Assembly (NCBI GenBank): GCA_973895155.1
Contig: OZ316892.1
Span: 7,175,251 to 7,239,250, forward strand
Reading direction: 5' to 3'
Length of the DNA: 64,000 bases
DNA from: Marsupella aquatica
Taxonomy: Eukaryota > Plantae > Marchantiophyta
Part shown: positions 35,701 to 48,100 of the stretch, piece after piece
Layout: every line of letters starts with the position of its first letter
Numbering within the stretch: position 1 is the first letter of the stretch
Notes under the pieces: generated by a model
Databases searched by the model: none
What the model was told of the DNA's origin: nothing
Seen by the model: the letters and a program-made list of their open reading frames with translations, nothing else
Program-made: the position numbers and the translations under genes

Positions 35701-38700
35701 TTCATGTAAACGAAAGTAGAGACCCGGGGAAGGCGCAGCACTGGTTTTCTGACACTATTTATTTCCATTATGATCTGCATCAAGACAAATCACCTTAAAT
35801 TCTTCCAACATTCAAAGAAGATTGTTGTAAAGTGCCTAAACAATACTTGTTGTCCAATAGTGGATTGCCAAAATTAAATTCTTTGTAGCAAACTTAATTT
35901 AAAGAATTCACTGAACTTGAGGGCCAGGGATCCCTATGATAGGAGTTGTTCACAGGAGAATACATGAACAGCTGTTTCACTATCTCAGCGAATCACAATT
36001 GAAAGGAATCAGAACAGGACCCAATTTCGTTGAAATAATAAATACGTCTGGATTGAAAAGGATTAATAAGCCATCACAAGGAGCATAATATTTGGCAAGC
36101 AGCTTACACGACACTCGCCAGATTTTATGAAAAACATCTCAAATGCCTCGTCACCTTGAAATGTAATCACTGTCTTCATGAAATTCATTGAAATACACAC
36201 AACGGATGTTCAAAATGCCATCCCTAGAAAAGATCACAGGAAATAAAACCCATTTGTTTTCTTCTTTCTCAAGATATGCTAAATTGTTTTTACGGGGCAT
36301 AGAGAGAGGATGAGACACGAAGCCAACTACAAGCTGCCATTCTAATCGTTTATAAGCCCTAAAGTCAAAAATTAATGTCCAGGGCCAGTTTAAGCAGAAC
36401 ACTTGTTGCGTAATTCTGAATGTTGAATCAACAATGTCCTAGAATTCACGTTGCAAGGAGAGAAGACTTTCATGACAGGCGTTTACTGATGCAGAAAACT
36501 TGTACTCTGAATGACACAGCAATTGCCATCCAGATTGTTACTTTTATTCCGAATATTGGTCAAACACTGTCCAAGACGATCAAATTATAAAAGAAAGAAT
36601 ATTTCTTTCGCAACAGCGGTTTCACGATGCAGACGTTTGTCTACTCTGGAGAGCACGGGGATTACCGATACCAATTTATTTCTTTTGGTTTTATTTCTAA
36701 TGTTAATTTCGGTTCATCGGCATTGGCTCGAATAAGGCCCAGAAAGCAACCTTCCTTTGCTAAATCATTAGCAAAAGTCTTGGTTGGTTCTCACCTTTAT
36801 TTTTGGGATAAATTCGTAAACTCAAGACATTAGCCAATCGCTGCAAGCTCTGTTTTGAAACATCGGTGAAAGCTTCAATATTCTGCAGCAAGAGTCCCAG
36901 CAATGAAGATTTACGAGAGTGAGATCCGTTTGTAAGAGTGCACCATTTACATAGACAAACATATGAATCGGTTCTGGATACCTTTAGAAATTTCACACGT
37001 TCCTTCATCTCAGGAGTTTTCTCGATTTTGAGTATTTTGTCATAATCGTCTCTGGACAGCGTCAGCAACTCACTCTAAAACAATACAGACAAAATATTTT
37101 AGAAATAGAACAAAAATTTCATTTCAGATTTGATATTCGGCTTTTATCTGGAAAAACCTTGCCATTTTGCATAAGACCTTCACATCAATCTCTACGCATC
37201 CAAGCCTCAAATTCTACTCCATCCGAACATGTGTAAGAACTGTAACATAATAAGCAGATCAGTCGTTGCCTTCGGTTCGTTTGATATGTTGGTTCTAGAG
37301 CAGGAGTCTAGATGTTCTTTGTGAACAGGAACTCCTTGTGCCATATCTTTGAATTTGCTGTTTCCCATCTTGCACTAACAAGGACATAATTAAATTGAAA
37401 TTGGAATTCTTGAATTTTCTCTACCTGCCTCATCTCCTTCTGGGTTCTGTTTACAATATGTTACAAAGTAGCATGCGTAATAATCAACTAGCCTCTTCCT
37501 TTGGTCATGGCTACACAGCACTAGATCCTTTATGAGACATGTGCCAGCATAGAAATGATACACGTGATCTGTACCCTTTCTGTGGTGAAAGCTGTATCGA
37601 TCCTGTGGAATCAACAACAAGAATCATTCTAGTCAGAATAGCATCCTCTTCCACACTTCACATGATAGATAGAAGACTAGATTTCAACTCCAACAACAAC
37701 ACATTGTACGCCACATCAACATCCGAAAACAAGCTAAAAACTGTGATTATTGTGGATTCTGCACCATTTAGTGGTTTGATTTAGCTGATGGTGCCAGGTG
37801 ATGAAATAGATGGAAATAAGAAGCGTTCGTTACGGTGAGGACCAGATTTTACCTGAGTGACTCACATTATCAAATCATCCGAGAGCAGAGCTAACTCGCC
37901 AAAGCAATCGCCCGGAAGAATTACTTTTGTTCTTGGTTCTTGAACACCCTCCTCGCATATACTGGCCTGATGAGCCAAAGAAGAAAGTTCCCGTTATTAA
38001 CTCGGGAGGACCATCAGCTGGATTCTATCAGTAGCTGATAGCTGATAGCTGATTCTATATTTGCTTTTTCTAGCAGATATATTTTTGCTTTTTCATAGCC
38101 CAAATATTTGCTCTGTCTAGCTGATTCTATCAGTAGCTGATAGCTGATAGAATTCTATCAGCTATCAGTAGAAAAAGAATCCACTGAGTAATTTGCTTAC
38201 CCGTACGAGTCCAGTGAAGACGATGTAGAATAAGTTCCCGCTTGCACCTTGCTCATAAACTACATTGTCACATCCCTGCTATCAGCTTCCTGTCTTTTTA
38301 GCAATGATCAAATTCGAGTAAGATTGTCAAGACTTGCTGTCTCTTCAATAGAATGCACCCTATAGCAGTAAGATAGCTATTGAGCACAACTGAAGAAGTA
38401 CCAAGGACTAAAAAGCTGCTCCGGAAGAATGGCTCATCCACAAATACTGCAGCTTACGGTCTAGAAAACTAGGATTTCCAGCGTTTCGGTGATTAAGAGT
38501 GGTAAGTTACAGATGTGAGAGCAATCTGGGTTGATTAGTTCAAGAGGCCTAGGAGAAGACAATTTGAGGTAAATTACCATGTTGATTTTCATCCCAGACC
38601 TCATAGCCCAAATATTTGCAAACCTGTGAGCAAGCCATCAAAGAAATTCGATCAATACGCGGTTTGGCGAGCTACTACGGTATTCCCATAATGGTGACCT

Positions 38701-40222
38701 TCTGAGGAAGGCAGGGAAACTATAAGCTACACTAGGTAGACAAAATTCTCTAATTTATCGTTTGAAGTTGCTTGGCCTGGGGATGCACAAGAATGCCGCG
38801 TACTCGGTCCCGGTTCAAGCTAGTGCACATGGGTGAAAAAAAGGGAAGATTCAGGTATATGAAGCATCTGAAGAATGTTGTCGGAAAAGATAGACTATAT
38901 AAACTTTCAGCCAAGTTTCTAAAATAATGAATCATACGGACAGGCTTATGAGCGTATGGAGGTACTGCCAGACTGACACAAAAATTTAGTATGGAACTCT
39001 TTCCATCTGTACTACGGAGCAGGTGGCAGAGTTGCTTTAGGTGGAGAAACATTTGATTGGAGAGAAAAAGTGGTACCACAATGAGTTGTCAAACTTGCCT
39101 CGAGTCGCTTTGCAAGTGGCAGGTCACTGATGAGTTTCGCATTCTTCACAGATTCTTCTAATACATAGAGGTCACTTGCTGTTCGCTCTTCAGGTCTAGG
39201 TAAATGAACAAAAGAAGGCCAGTATTTCAGATCAATACTTCTGTGCCATATGAACGAATTGCACAGGTAAAGCCGGTTAGCTCAGTGGATAATTGGAAGT
39301 CTGTACAACAGGAAAGAGCTACTTGATCCCACGGCATAGCACGAGAACTCACCTTTTCTTGACGACCTTGCGACGGCTCTCCGTCCGGTAGTGAGCCAAG
39401 CCACGCCATCCCTGTAGTGACGGCAGCTGGTGTAAACCCTGGTTACACGAGGACTCATGTTACGGAACTTCAACTTGAAAGAATGAGTAAAGGGTGAGAT
39501 TTTGACTGATAAAATGAAGGGGAGACTGCTACGACAGCTCTGAAAGATGAATTGGACGGTACAGGCATGTCAATTTTTTTGGTTGATTCTGTCCTCCAAG
39601 CTATCCAATGCCAGGACAGTAACAACCTTCGTCATTCTCTGCTAGGGTTTTCCCATACAGTACAAACATGTTGATGGATTGATCCTCTCCCTTGCACTTC
39701 TTCACATTGCTTATGTCACTGTTTTCCGGCTAATTGATAAGATTGATTTTGATTCATAAGCGGAAAAGCAATTGAAACTATCCAAGGAAAATCGTTGAGA
39801 TGGAGACAAGCCCCTTGCTCTCCCATCTCCCATGGCGCCCAATTGGGTTCATTTATTGATCTTTGTTCTTCTCTTTTGAAAATTGCGAGCATTGATCATG
39901 CTGCAGGGAAAAAATGTGCATCGTAAACCCTAAATCCTTGCAACCCAGAAGAGTGGTGAATTCCAGGCCCATTTACAGCACGAGGAAGAGAAATTGAGTC
40001 GAATTGTTGAAGGAGCAAGCAGGATAGGAGAGGGGAGAAGAACACAGGAAATTCCGAACCGGGTGCGATGAATTTACGTTGTACCAGTTTTTCCTTCTTT
40101 CGATCCGGCTCCACCTCCCCTGCTTCAGACTCTTGTGAGCTCATGGCTTGGCTCTGATTAGCCGCTGGCTGGGCATGCAACGACGCTGCAGGATTCGCAT
40201 CGGAAGCTCCTGCTGATGGCAT
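32774..40222 (-). CDS. Tandem cyclic-nucleotide-binding-domain protein (CNBD1/2-like architecture); last exon and start uncertain
   Basis: Exons splice into ...KKRPEERTASDLYVLEESVKNAKLISDLPLAKRLEVCKYLGYEVWDENQHVYEQGASGNLFYIVFTGLVRASICEEG...ILPGDCFGELALLSDDLIMIDTAFTTERSELLTLSRDDYDKILK...VKFLKNIEAFTDVSKQSLQRLANVLSLRIYPKNKVITFQGDEAFEMFFIKSGECR-[~320 aa insert, mostly exon ~34563-35458]-DTMILDIGALQAGDYFGERGLLKKSRRAVSIVSICPVEVLVLNMWDF...DYRKEEQIYKQYLKNCRWEQFK. These are two recognisable cNMP beta-barrels. Confidence 0.82.
38015..38186. repeat. Patchwork of short direct and inverted repeats filling most of an intron
   Basis: GATTCTATCAGTAGCTGATAGCTGATAG at 38021 and 38123; inverted CTATCAGCTATCAG at ~38155; ends CAGCTGGATTCT / AGAATCCACTG; a 19-nt copy of nearby exon sequence at 38093-38111. 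Confidence 0.8.
38624..39098 (-). other. GC-AG intron in the CNBD gene
   Basis: Minus strand: CGACTCGAG|GCAAGTTT...CTCACAG|GTTTGCAAA. The GC donor has otherwise consensus flanks (AG|GCAAGT) and joins LAKRLE-VCKYL in frame. Confidence 0.75.
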
Positions 40223-43200
40223 TACGTCTGAATCTGCTGGAGCTGTCGTAGCTCACAGGGTCTGTCTGATAAAGGAGCTCTGATGCAGGCAGCCCTTGCA
40301 ACAGTATGCTCATTCCCAATTGGCTTCACAGAACTCTTGCCTCCATCTCTAGTTTCTTGTTCAAATCCTGTGCATCACAGGCCCGGGCAAAGTTCACCTC
40401 ATCATGAATGGGCGCTCTCTTCCACATGTTCAGCTGTAAAACAGGGCATGAAATCTTGAGAACAAGTTCCAACGCTCAAGTCCCTTAGTTTTTTGTGGAT
40501 CTACAAATTATGCAGAACTGTGAATTCCCTTTGTTGACTTCCAAATCACTAAAAGCAATCATTTCATTGCTCCTGCACATAAAAATCAAGACCTAAAAAA
40601 TGTTTTGGGTGCTGGACTATCCTGCGCAAAGTTCAACTTAAACATGCCCACACTCTTAATGGCAGTGAAATCCTGTGTGAGGCTCGGTTTTCTCTATAGA
40701 AGATCTGTTCATAAGATTGTAATTCCACTTCATGACTTAATTGCTGTAATAGAGAGAGAGAGTGTTCCAAATCACTGATGCTTGCATAGCTGTAATCTAA
40801 TCTGGCCTTGGCGCATCCAAACATCAAGATTTCACATCATCCCGAGAGAATTCCCATGCCACTCGTCTTCCCATACGAGAAAGAGCAGAATCACAGCCTT
40901 CCATCAACCAACAGTGCCAATTTCTGTGCATCTCATCGAAACCCTCTGAATCTTCAATTGGCTGTGAATAGTTTGAGTGAGCCGTGATTCAGCGAGGGCA
41001 GATTCAGACCTTACAGATTTAAGATATTTAGAACAAGACTTACCAAAACTGGATTTTAAGGGGAGCCCTTCAGATTGATTTTGTTGATAGCAAGAGTAGA
41101 GGAGAGGATACTCCGGGGATTCTGACAGCCACGACGCACAATTCAAAGTTGGGTCAAGCCGCAGACACCAACTCCAACTGAACCCCGAGACTCCACATGT
41201 GACGAACGAACCTAATAGCAAGGCATGGCACGATGGATGGCGCGATCTCCTCCTGAAATGTACTGTACACATCCAAAGGACTCTCTGCCTTCAAAATCTA
41301 CTCACTTTAACCACCTTCTCTGCCTTTTGATTTGACCACCACAGTGCATAGATATAACACAAACTCCTCACTCCTCTACAACCCTCCGTTTTCTTTCTTG
41401 GTGAAATGAAACAGCGCCAAGGTTCCAAACAGAGAATGGTGCCGAATATAAACCAACCGTGAAAGCTTATGCTCCGCTTCAACCTGTTATTTAAATTATA
41501 GGGGGGAAGTCCATGAAGAATTTGCCGTTGTCAAGCTTGGAAACGTTTTTGTTGCAAATTTTAGAGTTCTGTGTGTTTGTGTGTCTCTTCAAAGATCTCG
41601 CGCATCAGAAGCTCTAATGCAAATCCAATCCATTCGTCAGCGAGCTAGGGGGCGTTCAATCCTCCAGGAAGTGGGCTGGTGTTGTTCAGCAGAGCATTTT
41701 CTAACCATTGCAGACGCGAACGGATTTTGAGCAGAAGAACACTCAATGGAGCACTATGAGCGATCATCCACATCAACAAATTTAGCCAGCAACGCTTCTC
41801 AATTGTGTTCGAGCGATTCACTACAGAGATTGTTGCATGTGGATGGCCAAGGAAAAGGAAGGCCCAGCCTACCTGCAAATGCAGAGTGCGTAAGTTGAAG
41901 TTTGGAGGAGTTTGCTCGGAAGTCGTCAGCTTCAATTTCTCAGGTGTCATTCTATCCATATGGACGATGTGCTGAACACTAGAATGACTAATTGTTGGAA
42001 TTGTTTGGGTAAAGCAGGACGTGGGAGAAACAGTCATGTTATCGTGGAAGGCATTGTTTTTTAGACCTTTTGTCTTCAGTTAGGTGTTGATTCAGTCCCC
42101 GAGGTCAACTGAATCAACTGAGTCTTCAGACACTAATATCGCACTCAGGATTGTTTACGAAAGGATCGAGGTTTCCACGTAAGTGTCAGAAATCAAGAGA
42201 GGAAGGAAATTGATTTCAAACTAGTTCCAAAGTACTTTCATCTTTCAGTGAGAGAATCAATCCTCTTTTACATATAACATTTTTCCGTTTAGTTGGAATC
42301 CTCTATTGCATTCCATTGCGCTGTTGTTCTACTGTAGATGCTAAACGTCTTCAAAGCACTAGGGGATTGGCTCTGGAATTTGACATCATTTCCATTGACC
42401 TTTGGAATGGAGTAGAGTGTGGAGTGGAAGGGATGAATTGCCTTCGCGAAGCAATCAGACATTACCTCCGAGCAGACATTACCTCCCAGCAATTAGATGC
42501 AACTAAAACTTGTACTCTGTCAAAGGCAATAGGGCGTCATTCTTGGGAAAGACGGACGGACATGCAGGCGAGGCTCCCTTCTGGAATGAACTTCAATCAA
42601 TATAAAATGAGGCTTGAAGTACTTCTCCCGAACTGCAATCACCCACGAGGAAAACAAAATTATAAAACAGTACAGATATTAGCCAGGACGTAGGGACAGA
42701 CAACCTAGAGGCCTGTCTTGCAGACAGAAACCACATCAACATGACGCTTGTACTCGTTATCCAGCCACAAAGAACAATTTTGGGTTGGGTAATCAAGGAC
42801 AGACAACAGACACCTTTAGAATCAAGGACAGAAGAAGAAGGACTGTATAAATATACCATTGAAAGATGTCCTGAGTCAGGAACAACACAGCAAGCAGTTC
42901 TCAGCAAGTAAGGACGGATCGACACCTTTCAGCAACAACGGCACCAGCTTACAACAAAAAACAGGTTCTGAACCCACGAAAAGCTGCAGCGGTACCTCAA
43001 CCTTACTTGTACTGTGTCCACACTCTCATTGAACCTCTGGGTCCACTCTGAGCGACAATGAGAACAGAAACAAGGCTTAACAAAATATGCAGATCAAGGA
43101 CAGAACCAATCATATTCACAGCACGTTTGTGTGCCCCAAACTTCGAGGTCCACGACCCCCAAAACATAAGCGTTGCTGGCCCCAGTACCCAAAGGGAAAA

Positions 43201-44071
43201 CCACCTTTGAGTACCTCACACACCTAAACTTCCACTCACTCAAACACGAGAAATTAATCAAGTTCCAGGTGGAGGTGGCTCTACCCGGGCAGAAAGTTAA
43301 GATAAACTCTGTCAGTCGAGCCTCAACCAAATCTTGATATTGGTATTCAGCATCACAAGGACATGTTTTGAAGTTTTACAGGTTTACGTGTTTGGGTCGT
43401 TTATGTGTCACCACTCTGGCATCTCTGTAGACCATCTCCAGCCCGACAGTCCCTCAGAAATTCCTCGATGAAAGTTATAGAAAGATAGCCAACAGATGCC
43501 AGGTCTCAGCTGGCATCCGAAACATTTCAATCTTGGCTGAGGCCACTGATTTGGCGTATGACGAACCTTCTCACTCTGAAATGAGTCAAGGGGAGAGGAC
43601 TTTTCTCACGTTGAGTCCAACCAAAGATTTTAACAATTTCCAATCCTAGTCACAGGTATGGAGGGCAGTGATTGTCTGAACGGTCTGAGGTCCATGAAAC
43701 GTCTTACCTCACCTCTTGTTGGACGACTTATGCATAGCGCAGTGAAGACTACGCGGGACTCTCCTCCCAGATCATGACAGACATTCGTTATGAGTCCATT
43801 AACGTGACTGGCATTGAAGGTCAGCTCAGTGCATTGTGCATTGTGCTTTGTAAATGGGAAGATTGGTTTTATTATGACGTTTAGGTTGAGTAAGTTAGAT
43901 TCAGGTTACAGCAGTATCTTCATAGTCCCTGTCCAGGGCACTTTTAAAGCATGTTAAGCTACAGGATGGGCATTCTATCAGCTTATCACTCTTTCTTCAA
44001 TCAAAGTAACAACACCGTTCTTTTTCTGAAGCCATTCAGTCTGGACAATACTGTGGTGAGCTTCAGACAGT

Positions 44072-44263
44072 CATAAGTTGATAGACATCAATTTCAGGGA
44101 GCTCTGAAAGCCTGTCGCATAGTTTATTTTTTGAGGTTTTCGTTCTAAAGAATTCCATGATGGCCATAAATTGATATATATCAATTTTGAGGGAGCTCTG
44201 CAAGCCTGTCACATATTCTCTTCGATGGGGTTTTGTTTTTGGAAAGTATTCCATGATGGCCAT
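44072..44263 (+). repeat. Tandem duplication, 93-bp unit x2
   Basis: CATAA.TTGATA...TCAATTT.AGGGAGCTCTG.AAGCCTGTC.CATA...TTCCATGATGGCCAT starting at ~44072 and ~44165. Confidence 0.85.
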
Positions 44264-45174
44264 TAAGGGCACAGGAGTTCCAAGAGGAGGCCAGTGAGTC
44301 CTGGGCTGCGAATTTGACTCGAGTGGAGCACAGTACTCATCAGTAGTTGGGTCACTCTAACATACTGGAGTCAGAGATACAGAGAGGCCAGCAATTATGT
44401 GGAGAGATCTTGGACTAAAAAGTAAAAGGTATTTTTGAGGCATAAAAGACTGGAGATGAGCAAGTTTGTGTCATGTCACAAATCGATTCAGGGCCACTAA
44501 AAAGATTCTCGAAGAAGAAGTTAGACTCTTTTCGAGTCTGAACTGAAAGCATTTTGAGCTCTGAAACCGAGGGCCTCCATTTATTTCTGTTGAAAGGCTT
44601 TGGAATGGAAAAAAAAACATCTGATAAATAATCAAGATGTCTGACAGGACATCAGACTGTGGGCATAATTATTGAGTTGTGAGGGAAAGGATGAATTGAT
44701 GTTGGTGAAATCCTTTTGCAGCAGGTCTCTGTTTCCATGTTGGTGGGGATTTGTGTCGTTTCATGTATTGATTGTCCAAAAAGTAATGGTAAAATAAAGA
44801 TGTTCTGAAGGCTGGAGTGTCTACATTACACTAGAGTAGAGAATGTCTTGCCTGAGATGATTGGATCACTCATGATAATTATCCTGGAGGAATATCTTCT
44901 TGTGAAATTGCATAGGAAACTTTAATGGAAGTGTTAGTAATCTCTGATGAGATCTTCATCCAAACCTTTAAGCTCAGATGGATGCATATCGGCATATAGT
45001 TAAATGATCAATTTCTTAGCAATTTGAGCTAAGATATCTTATGGGAGCAAAAGCTTGAGATGGGGATCTCATCTTGGTTTACAGCTCTTAAAGATGGGAA
45101 ATACTAGTTTTATTGGTTAGTCAAATAATAATCACAATCTGTGTGGAGGAGGGCATTGCAGATACCAGCTCAAG

Positions 45175-48100
45175 ATGAGTGTTACTGACATTTTGACACG
45201 AGCAAACACTCTCTACAAGAAGTATGAAAAGTATGATGTGGAAAAGAAGACAGAACAAACAATCAATAAGAATGATCGATTTCTTCAATTGTATACTGAT
45301 CTCCAAGCAGACATTGAAGCTGCTATACAAGTAAGCTGGGTTGATGATGCTGAATGCCGAGCAATATTAGTGAATTACATTATATAATTGTCAATCATTC
45401 TTCTAAGAGTATGCCAAAATCCAAAGGTTGTTGATTGCACATTTGAGAGTTCTCTGCTCCATCTTACAAATCACGGCTCCCCCATTTTAATAATTCTACT
45501 TTTAGGCAGACCAGAAATTGAGGACTAGTCTAAATTGGATACGGAGATGATTGATAATTGGACCAGCCAAGTGAGAAACCCAAGAACCTCTCAAATGCCT
45601 TTCAAAACTTTATTGTGGTTACTATGGATGCAATGGATACTTCACACACTTTGGATCCATTATCTTGGGATCATTGTACAACCAGACCACAATTGTTCTC
45701 CATTGAAGCATAGTTATAACTAACCCAAGCTGAAAAGAAACACTTATTTTAACACCACATTGTGCTGTTAGTTGCATTCGGGTTGTTTGGCTTACTTCAG
45801 TTTGGGTGTGCAGAAATCCAATGATGCTTCAATTGAGAAAAATAGAGCCATTATTGCAACTGTAAATGCAGAGATACGACGGGCTAAGGGGATGATGCGA
45901 GAAAAGCTACCAAAGCTCACAAAACATGCCACAAGAAAGGTCCTTTAAGAGCCTTCCACACATTGTCCATGAAATTTCTCCTGCTAAGTTGGGATTACCT
46001 AATGTTGGGACTGAGGACAAAAAAGCACTAAGGAGCTAGGTGAGAAAGTGAAAAGCAAATTATGGGTATAACCTTCAAAATGTATTGTGCTTGTTTCAAG
46101 AAAACAACAGCACTGCAAAAGGCAAAGGAACACATTAATACTGAGTTTATACTAGACCATTTTTTGAAAATGTCCAAAAATAAGGGATCCAAAGTGTGTA
46201 GTGTTTAGGATCTACAGGAGCTACTTAAATACCAGATGATATGACATCAAAGTCTCTTTGTCATTTTACTTCATGCCTGCACATTTTGATGTCATCTCAA
46301 ACCACAGCTAAGATGGAATCATGGAAAAGACCTTTTTTGGCTTTACTCTTAATTTGGGAATAACTTTTCTATTTGAATCCCCAAATAATGGGATGCATTC
46401 GAAACCTCTCTGAAAACAGAGTCAGAGCTTTTCATAGTAGGTTATTAAGTTTGAAGAGGGAAGTTGTATAGTTTCCTGTTGAAGTTCTTTTCACTTCATT
46501 AATTTGAAAGTACATTGTGTTTAATGCACACTTTCCAATGTTGATGTTGCTATAATGATGCAGGTTAAGGGCGTCACACCTGATGACCTTGCTCTAAGGC
46601 CAGATATGGTGATAGCCATCACTGCGAAGATTGAGGAGATCCCAGATGGGATTGTCCTGCAGCCAAAAGTGAAAGGGAAAGGATTGTTTTCAAAGTCTTC
46701 AGATGCTGCCCAGGAGATCAAAATAGATGCAACGAGTCCCGGTATGACAACTGATTCTCACACCCCATGTACTCTATGTCCAGTTCACGATGTTACACAA
46801 GAAATAGCCATACTACCAAATTATTTTGGTCAAAGTAATCTGGATTCTAAAATAAAACTTATTTTGGCCAATTGTTCAAAATAAGTTTAAAAAAAAAAAT
46901 TTATTGAAAGTGCTTAAAATCTTTAGTATAAAGTAATACTAATTGTTGTGACTTTTTAAAACCAAAATTTGTGCACTATTATCCACTCTTTAGAGCCACA
47001 GTAACACTAATCATGAGTGTGAAATTAGTGTTATAACAAACTTAGTGTAACTGACACTAGTTCATGGGTAGAGCCCAAAAATGTTTGCTCTCTGATTAGT
47101 GCAAGTAACACTAAATATGGTGTAAATTTGCTCCTCACTACCTTCAGATACAGCAATTAGGTCTGCCAAAAAAATTAATTAAAACTTGAGTGGCATCTAG
47201 TGCAATAAAGTGACACTCCAAACACGTTGGGTTGGAAAAACATGCAGACCATTTCTTAATGGGGAGTAAACTAAATCCCAGATACAATAGAGCGCCGGGA
47301 GTTTTCATATGAGGGGCTAAGTTCTTAGAAATTAGGGATTCATGAGCTGGCCCAAACAGATTAGGACCTAAAGATATTATAGTAACAGAAAAGCACAGAC
47401 GGTATGTATGTATCTGGGATTTACTACAGTATTGCCACGTTTTTTGGTATAATAATACCTTGTCACTGAATTGTTCTATTTATCAATATATCACTCTTTT
47501 TGTTCACTGGTTAAGAAAACTAACCAAGGTTAGCTTACAATCAGAGGGCTTGGGTTTCCCTCGGGGTCTCCCTCAATGTAACTTTGACCTTCCTGAGGAG
47601 GAGTCGGGCAAAGGCTCTGCACAGGTACAGGCTGGCATTAGACAGAGGCCATGCGTAGGATGGGAAGACAGGACCACCCAACCCACCCCTTGGTCAGGTG
47701 ACCCAAGGGTGGTCAAGGTCATCTTGAGGGAGACCCGGGCCTTTTGATTAGGAAACTGGGAGTGATGATAGCCATTGGACATGATGGAGCTCACCTAGGT
47801 TTGTTTTCTTAACCCACAAACAAAAAGAGTGACATTGTGATACATAGAAAAAATCAGTGGCAAGGTCCCTATTTTGCCAAAAAAGACTGGCAACCTAATA
47901 AATCCCAGAATTATGTATTTCTTTGGTGGTGGGGGTTATAAGCTCTAGACTTATGCTCATTATATAAGTTGCAGAAAATCATACCTAAGTGTTCGTTGTA
48001 CAATACTGTTTGGTTTAGCATAACCAGTCTGGGTGATCACAGACATTGATTCTGACCCAAAACTTCAAGCCCTGTATTGGCGTACAACTTTCTCACTCCA

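Noticed and set aside
36974-36982. Donor GTATCCAGA in the CNBD gene as a further U12 intron
   Set aside because: It lacks the TT at +7/+8, has no CCTTAAC-type branch, and the acceptor (CTCTTGCTGCAG) is ordinary U2 type.
37855-37865. Apparent in-frame TGA in the CNBD gene (pseudogene, selenocysteine or readthrough)
   Set aside because: The TGA lies inside the donor AT|GTGAGT, and the 37575-37602 microexon restores the frame.
42316-42693. 125-aa ORF between the CNBD and SYP7 genes
   Set aside because: It has a non-ATG start, no recognisable domain and no convincing exon chain.
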